64,000 bases of DNA from Utricularia gibba (Eukaryota > Plantae > Magnoliophyta): positions 5,332,001 to 5,396,000 of the forward strand of contig NEEC01000004.1 of the NCBI GenBank assembly GCA_002189035.1. The letters run 5' to 3'. The notes beneath the pieces are model-generated. The model had not been told where the DNA came from, searched no databases, and saw only the letters and a list, made by a program, of their open reading frames with translations. The stretch's first letter is position 1; each line of letters starts with the position of its first letter. A program made the translations under genes and the position numbers. Shown here in pieces: positions 26,734 to 42,139 of this stretch.

Positions 26734-26966
26734 CTGCGTTTTCACTTGCTTAGGAGATTTCAGTTTTGATTTGTTTGTTTTTCGGGTTTTTTCCTGCGCT
26801 TTCAGCCTCTGGTTTTTGGTCGATGATATGCGTTTACGAGAATTTATGTTTAATATACTTTTGACATTACTTATCTATATCTTTGTTGCGTGTTTGCTGA
26901 TTTCTTGACGCTCACTGCAGCTTTGTTTGTTTGTTTGCGGTGAATGTTGAATTCTTTCTTATCTGA

Positions 26967-27753
<787 letters not shown>

Positions 27754-28705
27754 TTTGCTTCGGACAACCTCCTTGTCTTGCTTTCTGTGTCTAGTTTCGT
27801 ATTATGGGCATGTAAGTAAGTAGATTAATCTTCGTGAAGAATTTGATTGCCTTCATTACAAGTTAAACTCAGTGTTGATTGTAAGGGCTTCGTCGGTTGT
27901 TTTCTGGGTTGTAGGATTGGTTACCGTCGACTACGTTGAAAAGACGAAACTCAGTTTCTCTGTTGTGAAATTATATTCCGTGACTGCTCTTCTTTCAAGG
28001 GCTATTTCTTCCGGTTCTGGATATAAGAATCTGTCTTAAAAGTCAAAGTTGGGTCATTAATTTTGAAATGCCGTTTTATTAAGCAGCATCTTTGTGTTCA
28101 AAAGTCAGCACCCATGGTCAACGCCACCCCCACTCTCTTCCTTGATGGCGTTCTGTGTTTCTTCAATCCTTTCTCATTTCCGGCTTGCTCGCTTAGCAAC
28201 AGCCTACTGTTACGCCGAGGTGGCGCCCGGCAGCCGGCACCCGAAATCGTCGCTCAATTAATCCAAGTAAGCAATCGTCATGGGACGTTCAAAAACAAGG
28301 TAAAAATGTATTTCTGCACTTACGTATGCATATCTTAAGATTTTAACTCACATCCCCCCTGTTTTATCGGCCTATCGTTCATCAAACTACTCTTGTTTTT
28401 GTGGGTTTTTTTGTGTAATTTCATTGTCGTAGTGATCGCAGAACAGAAGAGAAGAACGCCGGTTATTCTGGATTCATTTCCAGAGACATTTCTGTATCGA
28501 AGCTTTGTAAAGGCGCCTCCATCCGGTCACAGGTTGATGAAAGCGCGCTTAAATCCGTTTCCAGGAATTCATCTGATGTTTCAACTTTTTCCAAGGTACT
28601 TTTTCCTGGTCAGGGTGCGTTTATGGCTTGAAATTGAGTAGTTCGATTGTGCTTAGTCGCTGATGGGGTGTTTCTGAATTGGGTTTGTAGCCTCGGGTAC
28701 GAGCC

Positions 28706-30298
28706 ATGTTGATGCAGCTGGAGGAGGAGCTGCAGGGGACTAAAGAGAAATTGGATGTCAGTGAGATGGAAAAGTTTCAGCTTCTCGATAAGCTCGAGGA
28801 GGTGAAAGATGAATCCAACATCGCGGCGATGGTAGCAGCAGAAGAGATCCGGAGGTTGAAGATGGCGATATTTGAATCGGAGAACGAGCGTAAAGCGAAG
28901 GATGTAAGGATCGACATGTTGGAACAGTGGATGGCTGAGAAAGAGGAGACTTTGAGGGAGAGGGAGCAGCGTTTGATCCTTCTGCTTTCTGAGAATGAGA
29001 AGAGAATCCATCACTTGCAGGGGGAAGTTGCTGCTGAAGGAGAGATCATTTGTAATGGAAGTTGTTCGAGTGAAGAGGAGATTCGAAGTCTTCAAAATGA
29101 GCTCCTAGCAGTGAAGGAGAACCTAGCGCAGGCTCAAGATAAGGAGAAGAGGATCCACGAAGAAATGGAACTGCTCAAGAGGGACTGCAGGAAGGCCGAG
29201 GAAGCCATGGATGGCTTTGCTTTCGCGCTCAAGGAAGTGAATACTGAACTAAAGCATGTGAAGGAGAGGCTTGAGGTTAAGGAAGACGAGCTGGAGCATG
29301 TACGAATGGAAGCCGAGCGCTTGAGAGAAATGGTTCGCAGCAACGAGGAGAAGTACCAGGAGCAGATCCGTGAAGCTAACCAGGAAACAGAGTTATACAG
29401 AAACATAGCAGAGAGATACAAACTGGATGCTGACGAATCACTCTCGGCTTGGAATGAGAAAGAGATTGGACTTGTGAGTTGCATCAAAAGAGCAGAAGAG
29501 GAAAAGGCGATGGCACAGCATGAGAGCCGTACACTTTCCGAATCCGTAAGAGCAGCTGAAAATGAGATGAGGGCTGCGAGGGAAGAAGATTTCAAGCTGA
29601 GGAATTTACTCAAGCAGACCATCAGTGAAGCAAATGCAGCAAAGACTGCTGCTGGGTTAGCTAGAGAAGAGAACTCCTTTCTCAAGGATTGTCTTGCAGA
29701 AAAGGAGGAGGCATTGCTTTTGCTGACTAAAGAAAACGAGCGGTATCGAGTTAGCGCAGCTGCAGCGAACGAAAGTGCCAAGCAGTTAAGGAAAATGCTA
29801 TCAACGATTTCATCAGATTGCAGTGATAGGAATCAGAGTGATCTCCTGATGTTCACAGCAATTTTGGATGGTGAAAATGAGGACAAAAGTATGAATAGAA
29901 CCTTCAGCTTCCGCCTCGAAGATTTGAAATTTTTGAATGATCCAGAGGATGAGATCATTTTACATGAAGACCCAGCGAAAGCAGCAGCTCTTAAGGGCTC
30001 TATTTATGACACGAATGCGGAGACCCCCAAATCGGAACCACGGACTCCACAGTCGGTTTTTAATCATCATCATCGGAGAAGACATTCTTATGCAATATCA
30101 GAGGGCGGAACGGGGGCGAATTCAGAGGGGTACGATCATTTTGACTCGGGGCATGATGATTCGGACTCGGACAAGCATTCTCACAGACGAGTGAAGACAA
30201 TGTTCAGGCGTGTAGGGGATCTTCTGACCATCAGAAGAGGGGGTGCCCATAAGAAGGATTCCTCCGGTGACTCTCCGGTTGCTACTCATGAGAAATGA
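28706..30298 (+). CDS. Long coiled-coil protein (myosin heavy chain-related / WEB-like)
   Basis: 530-aa E/K-rich heptad ORF with WNEKEIGLVSCIKRAEEE and a C-terminal FRRVGDLL motif. Upstream exons cannot be excluded. Confidence 0.8.
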   Translation: MLMQLEEELQGTKEKLDVSEMEKFQLLDKLEEVKDESNIAAMVAAEEIRRLKMAIFESENERKAKDVRIDMLEQWMAEKEETLREREQRLILLLSENEKRIHHLQGEVAAEGEIICNGSCSSEEEIRSLQNELLAVKENLAQAQDKEKRIHEEMELLKRDCRKAEEAMDGFAFALKEVNTELKHVKERLEVKEDELEHVRMEAERLREMVRSNEEKYQEQIREANQETELYRNIAERYKLDADESLSAWNEKEIGLVSCIKRAEEEKAMAQHESRTLSESVRAAENEMRAAREEDFKLRNLLKQTISEANAAKTAAGLAREENSFLKDCLAEKEEALLLLTKENERYRVSAAAANESAKQLRKMLSTISSDCSDRNQSDLLMFTAILDGENEDKSMNRTFSFRLEDLKFLNDPEDEIILHEDPAKAAALKGSIYDTNAETPKSEPRTPQSVFNHHHRRRHSYAISEGGTGANSEGYDHFDSGHDDSDSDKHSHRRVKTMFRRVGDLLTIRRGGAHKKDSSGDSPVATHEK

Positions 30299-30411
30299 GA
30301 TCTTGATACTCACGTCTGCTTCTACATTATTCACACATTGCACAGTCTCTATTTATGCCGTAGATTCACATAAAACGCTATACATTCATCTACTTGTTTC
30401 TCTGGGGGAAA

Positions 30412-31345
30412 ATGGCTAATCTGTCGTCATGCTTGTTCTTCAAGAACACAAAGCTCCTATCTTGTTATGCGTTTCGGTATCGAACCCCGATTGTGAAACC
30501 TCCACGAGAATTGCTGCTTGTGGTTTCAGAATTGGGAATTCATTTGGATTCCCGGAGCTTATTGAAGTGGAAAAGCGGGGGCCGCATTTTCTCCGCCCCT
30601 GAAACCACCGCCTCTCCAACGGAATCTTGCGACTCCGGCAGATACTCAGAGGCCTTCACTTTTGATGATTTTCTTTCAGTTCTGGAGTTCATGGCCCTCG
30701 TTTCCACGGCGGCGATCTCTATTTACATTGCGTCGAGTCGTTTACTATTACCCAATGGGGGAATTCTAGGAATCAATGTTTTGGTTGGTCAATATGCGCT
30801 TCTGGTCAGCTGCGTGGTGTTGGGGGCGGCGATAAGGCGGCGGCAGTGGCGGAGAACGACTGCAAATACAGGTCACCTGAATTTACCGGTGAGGGTGGAG
30901 AAACTGGCGGCGGATCTGCGTAGCTCCGCCGCCATCCTGTCGGTTTTGAACAGGCAGATTGATAAGCTGGGTATCCGGATTCGGGATAGCAGGAAAGCCC
31001 TCAAAGATCCCATCGCTCAGGTAAATCAACAGCTGAATCGAAAAATTCATATTCGCTTTTGAAATACTGCATTCCATTACAGACATCGGCCTTGGCCCAG
31101 AGAAATTCCCAGAAGACTCGAGCATTGGCTGCTGAAAGGGAAGCTCTGGGAAGGGAACTAGTTGAGATTCAAAATCTTCTACTTGCAATACAGGTTTCGT
31201 AGTCATTCTTCACTTCTTCCTACTTAGAAACATAATTTCTGAATCCAAACTCAGGGCACCTGTTATTTTATCGCAGGAGCAACAGCGAAAGCAGCTTGAG
31301 CTGATTCTTGCGGTTGGAAAAGCGCTGAATCTATGGGGTCCGTAA
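30412..31345 (+). CDS. Uncharacterised two-TM plus coiled-coil plant protein
   Basis: Three GT-AG exons. Two hydrophobic helices, then RVEKLAADLRSS...KLGIRIRDSRKALKDPI, ALAQRNSQKTRALA...ELVEIQNLLLAIQ|EQQRKQLELILAVGK. Confidence 0.75.
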
Positions 31346-32079
31346 AGTCCTCCCAGAACCATGAAGATGAAGATATGACCATCTGAACCTTTAAATGGCA
31401 CGAGCCCTACAAAAGCATATCCAGTGTGACGCAACTCGAGAGGAAAAAGAAGATGCTTTGATTCGTATCAGTTGTTCTGGTGCATAAACAGTTGCTATGA
31501 AAAAAGGAAGGATCTTTCAAAGCAGTCCTCCTTTTTGCTTGTGGGGCAGTGTGTGTCTCCAAATTTGACTATTTGATGAACTCAACCACGAAAACAAACA
31601 CACACAAGATGTTTATGTGGAAACCCCGACACTAAAAGCGGAATCACAGGAACATGCATAAGCTTCTTATCAAATGTTCGACAGCGGCAATGCTGAGAGA
31701 GCTATAGGAAGAGGGTTTGTGCTGCTGATGAACAACGGCGCCGAGTTTCCTAAACTCCCATTAAGAGGTACTTTCCTTAGCTCGGATTTCCTTCTAAATA
31801 TTCATGGCGTTCTGAAGGGAGGACAGTCAATGCATTTTCTGAGGTTATATTAATACAGTTGGATTCCTACTAATGCTGGGGCCCAGCGCTGATGAATTTC
31901 TGACCGTTATAAACCCTAACGATGAAGAATCTTTTCCGTATAGCAGACTACAAGGCTCATTGCAGCGTTGCTCTTTGTGCTGGCCGTCTTCTGTTCTACT
32001 TCATTTTCCTGATCATTTTGTGACACCGAGTCGGTGTATAGAGTAGGATTGTGTATCGGAAGGAGAAACATTTGGAGAT

Positions 32080-35000
32080 ATGTGTGGAATCCTCGCTGTT
32101 CTTGGTATCGCCCACAACCCCGATGCCAAGCGCTCCAAGATTATTGAACTCTCCGAGAGGTAACGTGGTGGTTTCAGTTAAAGTTGTCTTTTTCGAGATG
32201 AGGAAGATGGTTTCTAGTGGATTAATGGGAAACATTTAGATCTTTTCTCTTAAAAATGAGGACTTTAGACAACTGGGCCTCTTCTGTGATTTTTTGTGAC
32301 ACGGGGTTGCAAATTCATTCAACTTCTTGAGTTTTACCGAAATGTTGATATGGATATTGTTGCCCCTTTACGGTTTGGGACGCATTTTTTGGACATGCTG
32401 AACTTATCTCGAATCTGGAATTAAAGGTTGCAACATAGAGGTCCGGACTGGAGTGGAGTTCACCATCACAAAGACTGTTATCTTGCTCACCAACGGTTGG
32501 CAATTGTAGATCCTACTTCAGGAGATCAACCACTTTACAATGAGGACAAGACGGTTGTGGTTACGGTGGGTGATCAGTATTTTTGTACGCATGCTGATCG
32601 GTTAATCCCCATTGGAAGAGGTAATGCTGATAGGGTATCTGTTCTTCTTTATTTTATTCAGGTTAATGGAGAAATATATAACCACAAGGAACTTAAAGAG
32701 AAGTTAACCTCCCACACCTTTCTGACGGGAAGTGATTGTGAAGTCATTGCTCACCTTGTAAGTGTTATTTCCGAATCAGTTTTTTTTGTCCCTTTTTGAC
32801 TATTTCACTGGTATACTGGCGCTGCTGTATTTATTGCTATTTTTGGAGTTGTTTAGTGTGATGCTTGTTGGTCTCAAGCGTCTTTGTTTCATCCTCCCTT
32901 CTCCCAGTATGAAGAACATGGAGAAGATTTTGTTGATATGTTGGATGGGATGTTCTCTTTTGTGCTTCTTGACACTCGAGACAATAGTTTCATTGCTGCT
33001 CGTGATGCCATTGGCATTACCCCTCTTTATATCGGATGGGGCCTTGATGGTATGTGAACATTTTCAGCCTTTTATTTCATCGTTGATGGCTTGTTATATT
33101 TTGATGCAAAAGATTAACATGACCCTTTAATGATTTGAATGATTGGGGGTGTTTTGCGGTCACTATTCACTAGCCAGGCACCGACGCACAGCACACAGCA
33201 GATTAACCTGGCGTTTATAGTTTTGTATTCCAGCTCATCCTACTACATATGCTTGGTCTGGGGTTTGATTATGAAGAACTGCGCTTTTAAATGTTTGCTT
33301 TATTCCACTGAGTAATACTGGTGTGTGTAACTATTATATTACTCTCTGCAGGATCCACTTGGTTTGCATCAGAAATGAAAGCCTTGATTGATGAGTGTGA
33401 GCAGTTCATGGCTTTTCTTCCTGGTCACATTTACTCAAGCAAAAATGGTATGCAAACTTATTCCCATTCACCAGCCACATTCTCTGCTTTTTTTTGTGCA
33501 ATACAACCTGTAGCTTTGCATGGCATCTTTTGGCATAACTAGGAAACATAGTAATAATTGCCTGTCCTATGGAGTATTCTAGGCCGTCTTGCCAACTCTA
33601 TGCATATGATCGATGACAGATGAGCATTGGTTTCATGTTAGATTCACTAATAATTTCATATTAACGACTTTTGTAGGTGGAATGAGGAGGTGGTACAATC
33701 CACCATGGGTATCTGAACTCATACCTTCAACTCCATATCATCCCATTGTGCTGCGACAAGCTTTTGAAAAGGTCAGCATGACCTTTGCTTCTTGAATCCA
33801 CCGCGGAGTTTTAATTAGTCTTTTCTCTTTTTTTGGATTTTTCATTCTTCAGGCTGTTCTTAAGAGATTAATGTCTGATGTTCCATTTGGGGTGCTTCTA
33901 TCTGGTGGACTTGATTCCTCACTTGTTGCTTCAGTGGCTTCCCGCTATTTATCTTCTTCCACAGCTGCTCAATGGGGGTCGAAGTTGCACACCTTTTGCA
34001 TTGGCTTGAAGGTAGGATGAGAAGCATATCCCCATAACCCTGCAACCGTTTTGTGCAATGAGCAAACGTCATTGTAACTTCATCGGTGCGTTGCATGGTC
34101 AAGCGTTACATATCTGAAAGTGTGATTTCATCTTTTAGGGCTCCCCAGATCTCTTAGCTGCCAGAGAAGTGGCGGACTATCTGGGTACTCGACATCATGA
34201 ACTATATTTCACGGTGCAGGTAATAGCTCAAGTAACCATAGATCATCAGTTGTTTATGGATTTTATATATCGTTATTGCGAAAACACACTTCATCATTCC
34301 TTCGACTTCTTAATCAGGAAGGAATTGATGCATTAGAGAAGGTCATATATCACATCGAAACATATGATGTGACTACCATTCGTGCCAGCACTCCTATGTA
34401 TCTTATGTCTCGAAAAATCCGTTCTTTGGGAGTTAAGATGGCCCTTTCTGGTGAAGGTTCTGATGAGATCTTTGGTGGTTATTTGTATTTTCATAAGGCT
34501 CCAAACAAAGAGGAGTTTCACCGGGAAACATGTAGAAAGGTATTGAATCATCAGAAATTTCATAGTCATGAGTTGGTTTTCACCTTGAGACTCTACTTCT
34601 TTTTCTACTCCACGCCCTTGATATCTGCGTGATTTGGATCCAGATCAAATCTCTACATCTATACGACTGTTTGAGAGCCAATAAATCAACTTCAGCATGG
34701 GGTGTCGAAGCTCGTGTTCCCTTCTTAGACAAGGAATTTATTAATGTTGCCATGAGCATTGATCCAGAATGGAAAATGGTATAATATGACTTTGTTATTG
34801 TTCTTCGTCCAATGCAGTGACCATGCATTTGCTTATGTGCCATATTGTAGAACTTGAAGTTCTCCATATCCGTACTTTGAATATTTTGTCTGGAAGTTCA
34901 CAGGCTTACTTTGTTTATTAAACTTACGGGATAACATTTTGCAGATAAGGCCTGATCTTGGAAGGATCGAGAAGTGGATTCTTCGCAACGCCTTCGATGA

Positions 35001-35656
35001 TGAGCAGGCTCCATATCTGCCAAAGGTCTGCACCTCGGTCCTATTGCTCACATCACTTGTGTGCTCTGTTTCCACTGGCTCACTCACTATTTAGTATTTG
35101 TAACCTTCCTTCTTTCCCTGCATATCAGCATATCCTGTACAGGCAGAAAGAACAGTTCAGCGATGGAGTCGGATACAGTTGGATCGATGGACTGAAAGAT
35201 CACGCCAACAAACAAGTAAATCTTCCTTCCTCTCTGGTTCCTGAAAACCTTAACTAATTCCTGATGTTGGTTTTCAATCGTTTTGCAGGTCACTGATGCC
35301 ATGCTAGTGAATGCAAAGTACGTGTACCCGAGAACACCCCAACTACCAAGGAGGCGTACTATTACAGATCCATATTTGAGCGAACTTTCCCCAAGGCCAG
35401 TCCTCCCTAGCCACTTTACCTTTGCACATAAAACGAGCATTCTGTAGTTAACTGCAGGTTTAAACTTGAACAGGGTGCTGCTAGATCAACCGTACCAGGG
35501 GGGCCAAGCATCGCTTGTAGTTCAGCGAAGGCTGTGGAATGGGATGAAGCATGGGGCAAGAATCTCGACCCCTCCGGTCGAGCTGCAGTTGGTGTCCATG
35601 TCGCTGCTTATGACGTCGAGAAGAAGGCTGATGTTAATGGAGCCATCTCGTCCTGA
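32080..35656 (+). CDS. ASN2: Glutamine-dependent asparagine synthetase (ASN2/3 type), with an apparent -1 frameshift at 35327-35329
   Basis: MCGILAV start with the Ntn catalytic Cys2. [37 protein letters not shown] and KEQFSDGVG. About 14 exons. Confidence 0.96.
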
Positions 35657-35785
35657 AGCTTGTCGTCAACTTAGTTTCCTTGTCTTTTTTCCTAGTGAAG
35701 TCATCCTGGTGTCTTATTTCGATGCTAGTATCAAATGGCTTGTTTATGTATTTGATATCTTTGTAATGACATTTGCGACAACAAG

Positions 35786-35858
35786 GACTCCGTGGCCCAA
35801 TGGATAAGGCGCTGGTCTACGGAACCAGAGATTCTGGGTTCGATCCCCAGCGGAGTCG
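35786..35858 (+). tRNA. trnR-ACG: tRNA-Arg (anticodon ACG)
   Basis: Acceptor stem GACTCCG/CGGAGTC, D-loop TGGCCCAATGGATAAGG, anticodon loop CT-ACG-GA, T-loop GGTTCGATCC and a downstream T-run terminator. Confidence 0.97.
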
Positions 35859-36074
35859 TGTAAATGATGCGTTCATTTTTTCCCAGTTGAAAGCCTTGCT
35901 GCAGGTGGTAGGATGCATAGGTGGAGTGGAATAGACTGCATGGCCATTTTATTGAAAGAAAACAAAGGACATCTTTGGTAAAACTGTAAAACATAAAATT
36001 ACAGTTGGTTGATTGCTATTTGAAAATGACAAAAGGTAAAAAAAAAAAAAAAGGGGGGGACAAAAACAAGAGGT

Positions 36075-37262
36075 TCAATTTTTTTTACCCTCGTCTTCTC
36101 CGCCCTCAAAATAGGCTTTCTTCCCACGATCCAATCTCCCCAGCAGACACAACAGAATAAAAGAGGCGGCGTAAAGCGCGTGCACTTTCCAGCTCGTCTT
36201 CGGCAGCTGTCGGAGAATCGCTCTGTGGAACACCGTCATGTAGTAATGGAGTCCCACGGCGAATCCCACAAAGGTGTATCCCAAGCTCAATAGTCTCGTC
36301 CCTAACCCGGTTTCCGTCGAGAAGACGAGGATTAGGTACATCAGGAGGAGCAGGAGGTACAGCACGTAGGACAGAGTCTGCAGCACTTGGACGCACACGT
36401 AGGTGGACTGTGAAGACGTGTAGAAGAATCGCAGAGGCTCTAATCCCGTGACTAAGGAGGACAGGCAGAGGATGGAGAAGTAAATCGCGAGGTAAATCTG
36501 GATGAAGATGAGCATCTTTTGCAGCGAAAAGTGGGCTTTGATTCTGTTGAAGATTAAGGATACGAGTATGAGGGGGATGAGTATGAATGCCAAGGACACG
36601 ATTGAAGCGATTGTGGAGGCGTATTTGTTGCCGACGTAGGGTTTGAAGCCTTTGGCGAACTCCTTGTTGTATCTGTTGAGGTATGACTTTGAGGTTTTCG
36701 AGATCCTCTGCAAATCTGGGACAATTGTTTCCTGGAATTTTGCTGGGAGTTCCCTGAACTCTGCAACAAGATCATCGTCTTCGTCTTTTGATGAACTGGG
36801 CTGCTGCTTCTTTGGCACCTTCTTGGCACCAGCTTCCAATTGGGCTTTTACTTCCTTCAATTTGGCTGTCTTGTTCTTTGCCGCCGCTAGATCTGTGGGA
36901 GTACTCAAAGCTGAAGCTTTTACACTCGAATCGGAGGTGGTGGAGTTCAACTTCTTGATCTTGGGTTTGAGTGTTGGCACTTCGAGATCAATGGATTTGA
37001 GAAGCTTTATTTTGTCTTTGGGTGCATCATAGGATTTCACCATCTTGGTCTGGTTCTTGCTGGAAGCAAGCTTGTTGTTGCTGGCACCGGTTTTTGTCTG
37101 GTTCAGCTTCTTCTTGATAGCCACAGGCTTCTCCCCTTCATCCTCGTCACTCAGCAACAAATGGCGACTCCCCAAATGCGAAGCAGAGATGATCCCAGAG
37201 TCCATCACAAGCAGCAAGAACAGTAATAAACTCCAGTAGCCTCCTCGGACCGAGGAAGCCAT
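36075..37262 (-). CDS. Uncharacterised membrane protein (signal peptide, K/S-rich region, about five C-terminal TM helices)
   Basis: Single 395-aa ORF. Conserved-looking DDLVAEFRELPAKFQETIVPDLQRIS, EPLRFFY and HYYMTVFHRA segments. Confidence 0.85.
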   Translation of the reverse strand: MASSVRGGYWSLLLFLLLVMDSGIISASHLGSRHLLLSDEDEGEKPVAIKKKLNQTKTGASNNKLASSKNQTKMVKSYDAPKDKIKLLKSIDLEVPTLKPKIKKLNSTTSDSSVKASALSTPTDLAAAKNKTAKLKEVKAQLEAGAKKVPKKQQPSSSKDEDDDLVAEFRELPAKFQETIVPDLQRISKTSKSYLNRYNKEFAKGFKPYVGNKYASTIASIVSLAFILIPLILVSLIFNRIKAHFSLQKMLIFIQIYLAIYFSILCLSSLVTGLEPLRFFYTSSQSTYVCVQVLQTLSYVLYLLLLLMYLILVFSTETGLGTRLLSLGYTFVGFAVGLHYYMTVFHRAILRQLPKTSWKVHALYAASFILLCLLGRLDRGKKAYFEGGEDEGKKN

Positions 37263-38227
37263 GCTTACTAGTGAAGTGAGATCTGAAACAGAAACAGAAT
37301 CAGCAAGCTGAAGAAGAAGAAGAAGAAGGTGGGAAATGGAATGGCGATTGACTGTTGAGAGAAGAAGCAGGGAAGAAAAAGAGCCACCCGGTGAGCCACG
37401 TTAATGTCCACATAAAGCAGCAGATTTGGATCCAATCTGAAGTCACATGGTCCAGAATTCCACTGCGCCGCTGAACGCGGTTTCATATTATTCCTCCATT
37501 TGCTCCCATAATTACATGCCCCTCTGTCGGTGTTGCAAACTCTGACTCATCTCATGATACCACCAGAGCCATCAATACACACACACAGTCATAAAGATTC
37601 AACCTTTGTGCTTAATGACTCTGGTCAAATCGAATGATGATCGAATTATCATTTTTAATCCGGTGTGTTTGATTCAGTACAGGTACTCGTCCCGATCCAC
37701 CGACGACCACTAGGAGCCCATTGTACTGCTACCCATGGCCGGTTCCAGGACCTACGAGAGAGACGTCTCTTCCTTCTTTAATGTCCTCCCAGCTGAATGA
37801 TTAGACTCATTGCCGTAACCTACTTTCTGCCTGCTTTCTCTGCTTCTTTTCTTTTTTACTCTCTTACCGTCAAAAAGGTTAACGAAATGATACGACGCCG
37901 TTTTACTTGGGCTTGTGGGCCACGTCTCGACCACCCAAGTTTATTTGGGGCTGGACAAACGTTAAAGCCCAACGGCCCAGCTCCGAACACATCCAAAATA
38001 CATTTGGGAAAATTTTCTAGAATACATTGTTATTTCTTTGAATGCGTATAGAGCGTGAGTTCAAAGATGAACGTGACAACAATTGGTGATCAACTTCTCC
38101 AGGGTGAGGAGTTTGAAGTTTTGATTTTTCATTATTTCGGCTGGAAAAGCCTCATGCAGTAATCAAGGACATGAAACAACTGGTGATAGATGGATGGATT
38201 GATGGCAGGAGTAGCCGAATCCAGTGA

Positions 38228-40444
<2,217 letters not shown>

Positions 40445-41033
40445 AGTTGCCTAAGGAATATACACCAAACCATCCCCATAAAAATGCGATATTTGACAAA
40501 GAAATGTGTTTCGGTAGGAGTCGTGTTAGGTGGGTGCTGACCAGACGAGAGGGTTGGTGGATTGGCAGATGAATCACAAAGGAATCTTCACAACATCTTC
40601 GCTTGGAGTAGCACAATTCTTTTTCATTCCTTGAATCTTACAATCATCACAATGTCCTCCATTTCTCAACCCTAAAATCCATTGCAAAAACTATCAGCTG
40701 CAGCTTCAACTGCAAACCTGTGCGAAAAAAAAATCTCAACAAATTAAATAACCTTTAGCAAAATGGCAACTACCACGCACTACGACGTCGTTTGTAATGC
40801 GGGCCAAAAGCCCGCTCCATTCATATGGGTTATATTAATTAATGTAAATGACTCAATTTACATTCTGCTAGCCCATTCCGAAGTAGCCCGCGGCTTTGGA
40901 CACGTTTCCTCTGGTTCATACCAAGTGTCTTCTCCACAGAGACCGGGATTGTTGCATCATCAGTTCACCACCGTCGTCCCCTGAGATAAATGATAAAATT
41001 CAAATAAAATAAGTTGCCCAACTTCCGACGACT

Positions 41034-42139
41034 ATGGTGAAAAAACTGCTGAGAGATGGCTACAGAAAGTTGGTCGACACCGCGTCCAAAAACAGAGCTT
41101 TTCCGATCTTGAAAGGCCACCCAGCTGCAGAGAGTCATGCCAAAGAATCTGTAGAAGCCTACGACGACGTGAAATCTAAGATCAGTGCTCTCATGAAGGA
41201 GTTCAAGATTTACCGATGGAGCCCAGAGTATCCCCATCAGAAACCGTTCCTCCAATCCTATTACGTCGACCTTTCAAACTGCGGGCCGATGGTTGCTAAT
41301 TCTTGTTTCTTCATCCTCTCCGTTTAATTCGACCTGACACATACATGCGAATGCAGGTTCTTGATGCGCTGCAGAAGATTAAAGCAGAAGATGATTCCAG
41401 TTTGAGCTACCGGAGATCGTGCAGGGAAGGAATTTGTGGGTCGTGCGCGATGAACATCGATGGCGCAAACACCGTGGCGTGCCTGAAGCCGATCAACGCT
41501 GATACGAGCAGAGCCACTGTGATTACACCGTTGCCTCATATGTACGTTATCAAGGACTTAGTGGTTGATCTCACCAACTTCTACCAACAATACAGGTAAA
41601 TCACAGTGCCAAAAGTTATTCCAAAATCAATTTACAGAGGAATCACATTCTGGGGACATACGCGATGATACAGGGCGATAGAGCCCTGGTTGAAGACGAA
41701 GAAACCTCCATCAGGGGAGAGAGAATACAAGCAGAGCCTGGAGGAGAGAAAGAGGCTGGATGGGTTGTACGAGTGCATCCTCTGTGCGTGTTGCAGTGCA
41801 TCATGTCCTTCCTATTGGTGGAACCCTGAAGAGTTTCCCGGCTCCGCCGCACTCATTCACGCCTATCGCTGGATTTCCGACAGGTTCGGATTCATCGATA
41901 TTTTTCAGTCCACACTTTCATGAATAAAAGCATATGACGTGGGAGGGTGGTTTTGCAGTCGAGATGATTATGGAGACGAGAGATTGCAAGCGTTGGCTGA
42001 GGATCAAAAGCGATTGTACCGCTGCCGGATGATCCAGAACTGCACGGCCAACTGCCCCAAAAGCCTGGACCCGGCGGGTGCCATCAGCAAGATGAAAGCG
42101 AGGCATTTACTGGGCCGGCGCGTTGAGAAGATGCAATGA
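41034..42139 (+). CDS. SDH2-3: Succinate dehydrogenase iron-sulfur subunit, SDH2-3 type
   Basis: [13 protein letters not shown] (2Fe-2S), [18 protein letters not shown] and [15 protein letters not shown]. Four exons. The intron-containing structure and CR (not CH) are typical of the SDH2-3 clade. Confidence 0.93.

Noticed and set aside
29134-29781. 215-aa minus-strand ORF rich in S/L/A
   Set aside because: Antisense shadow of the E/K-rich coiled-coil CDS.
31956-31970. TCATTGCAGCGTTG, resembling miR397
   Set aside because: It needs a 4-nt gap in the middle and has no evident hairpin.
36643-37032. 129-aa plus-strand ORF
   Set aside because: Antisense shadow of the 395-aa membrane-protein ORF.
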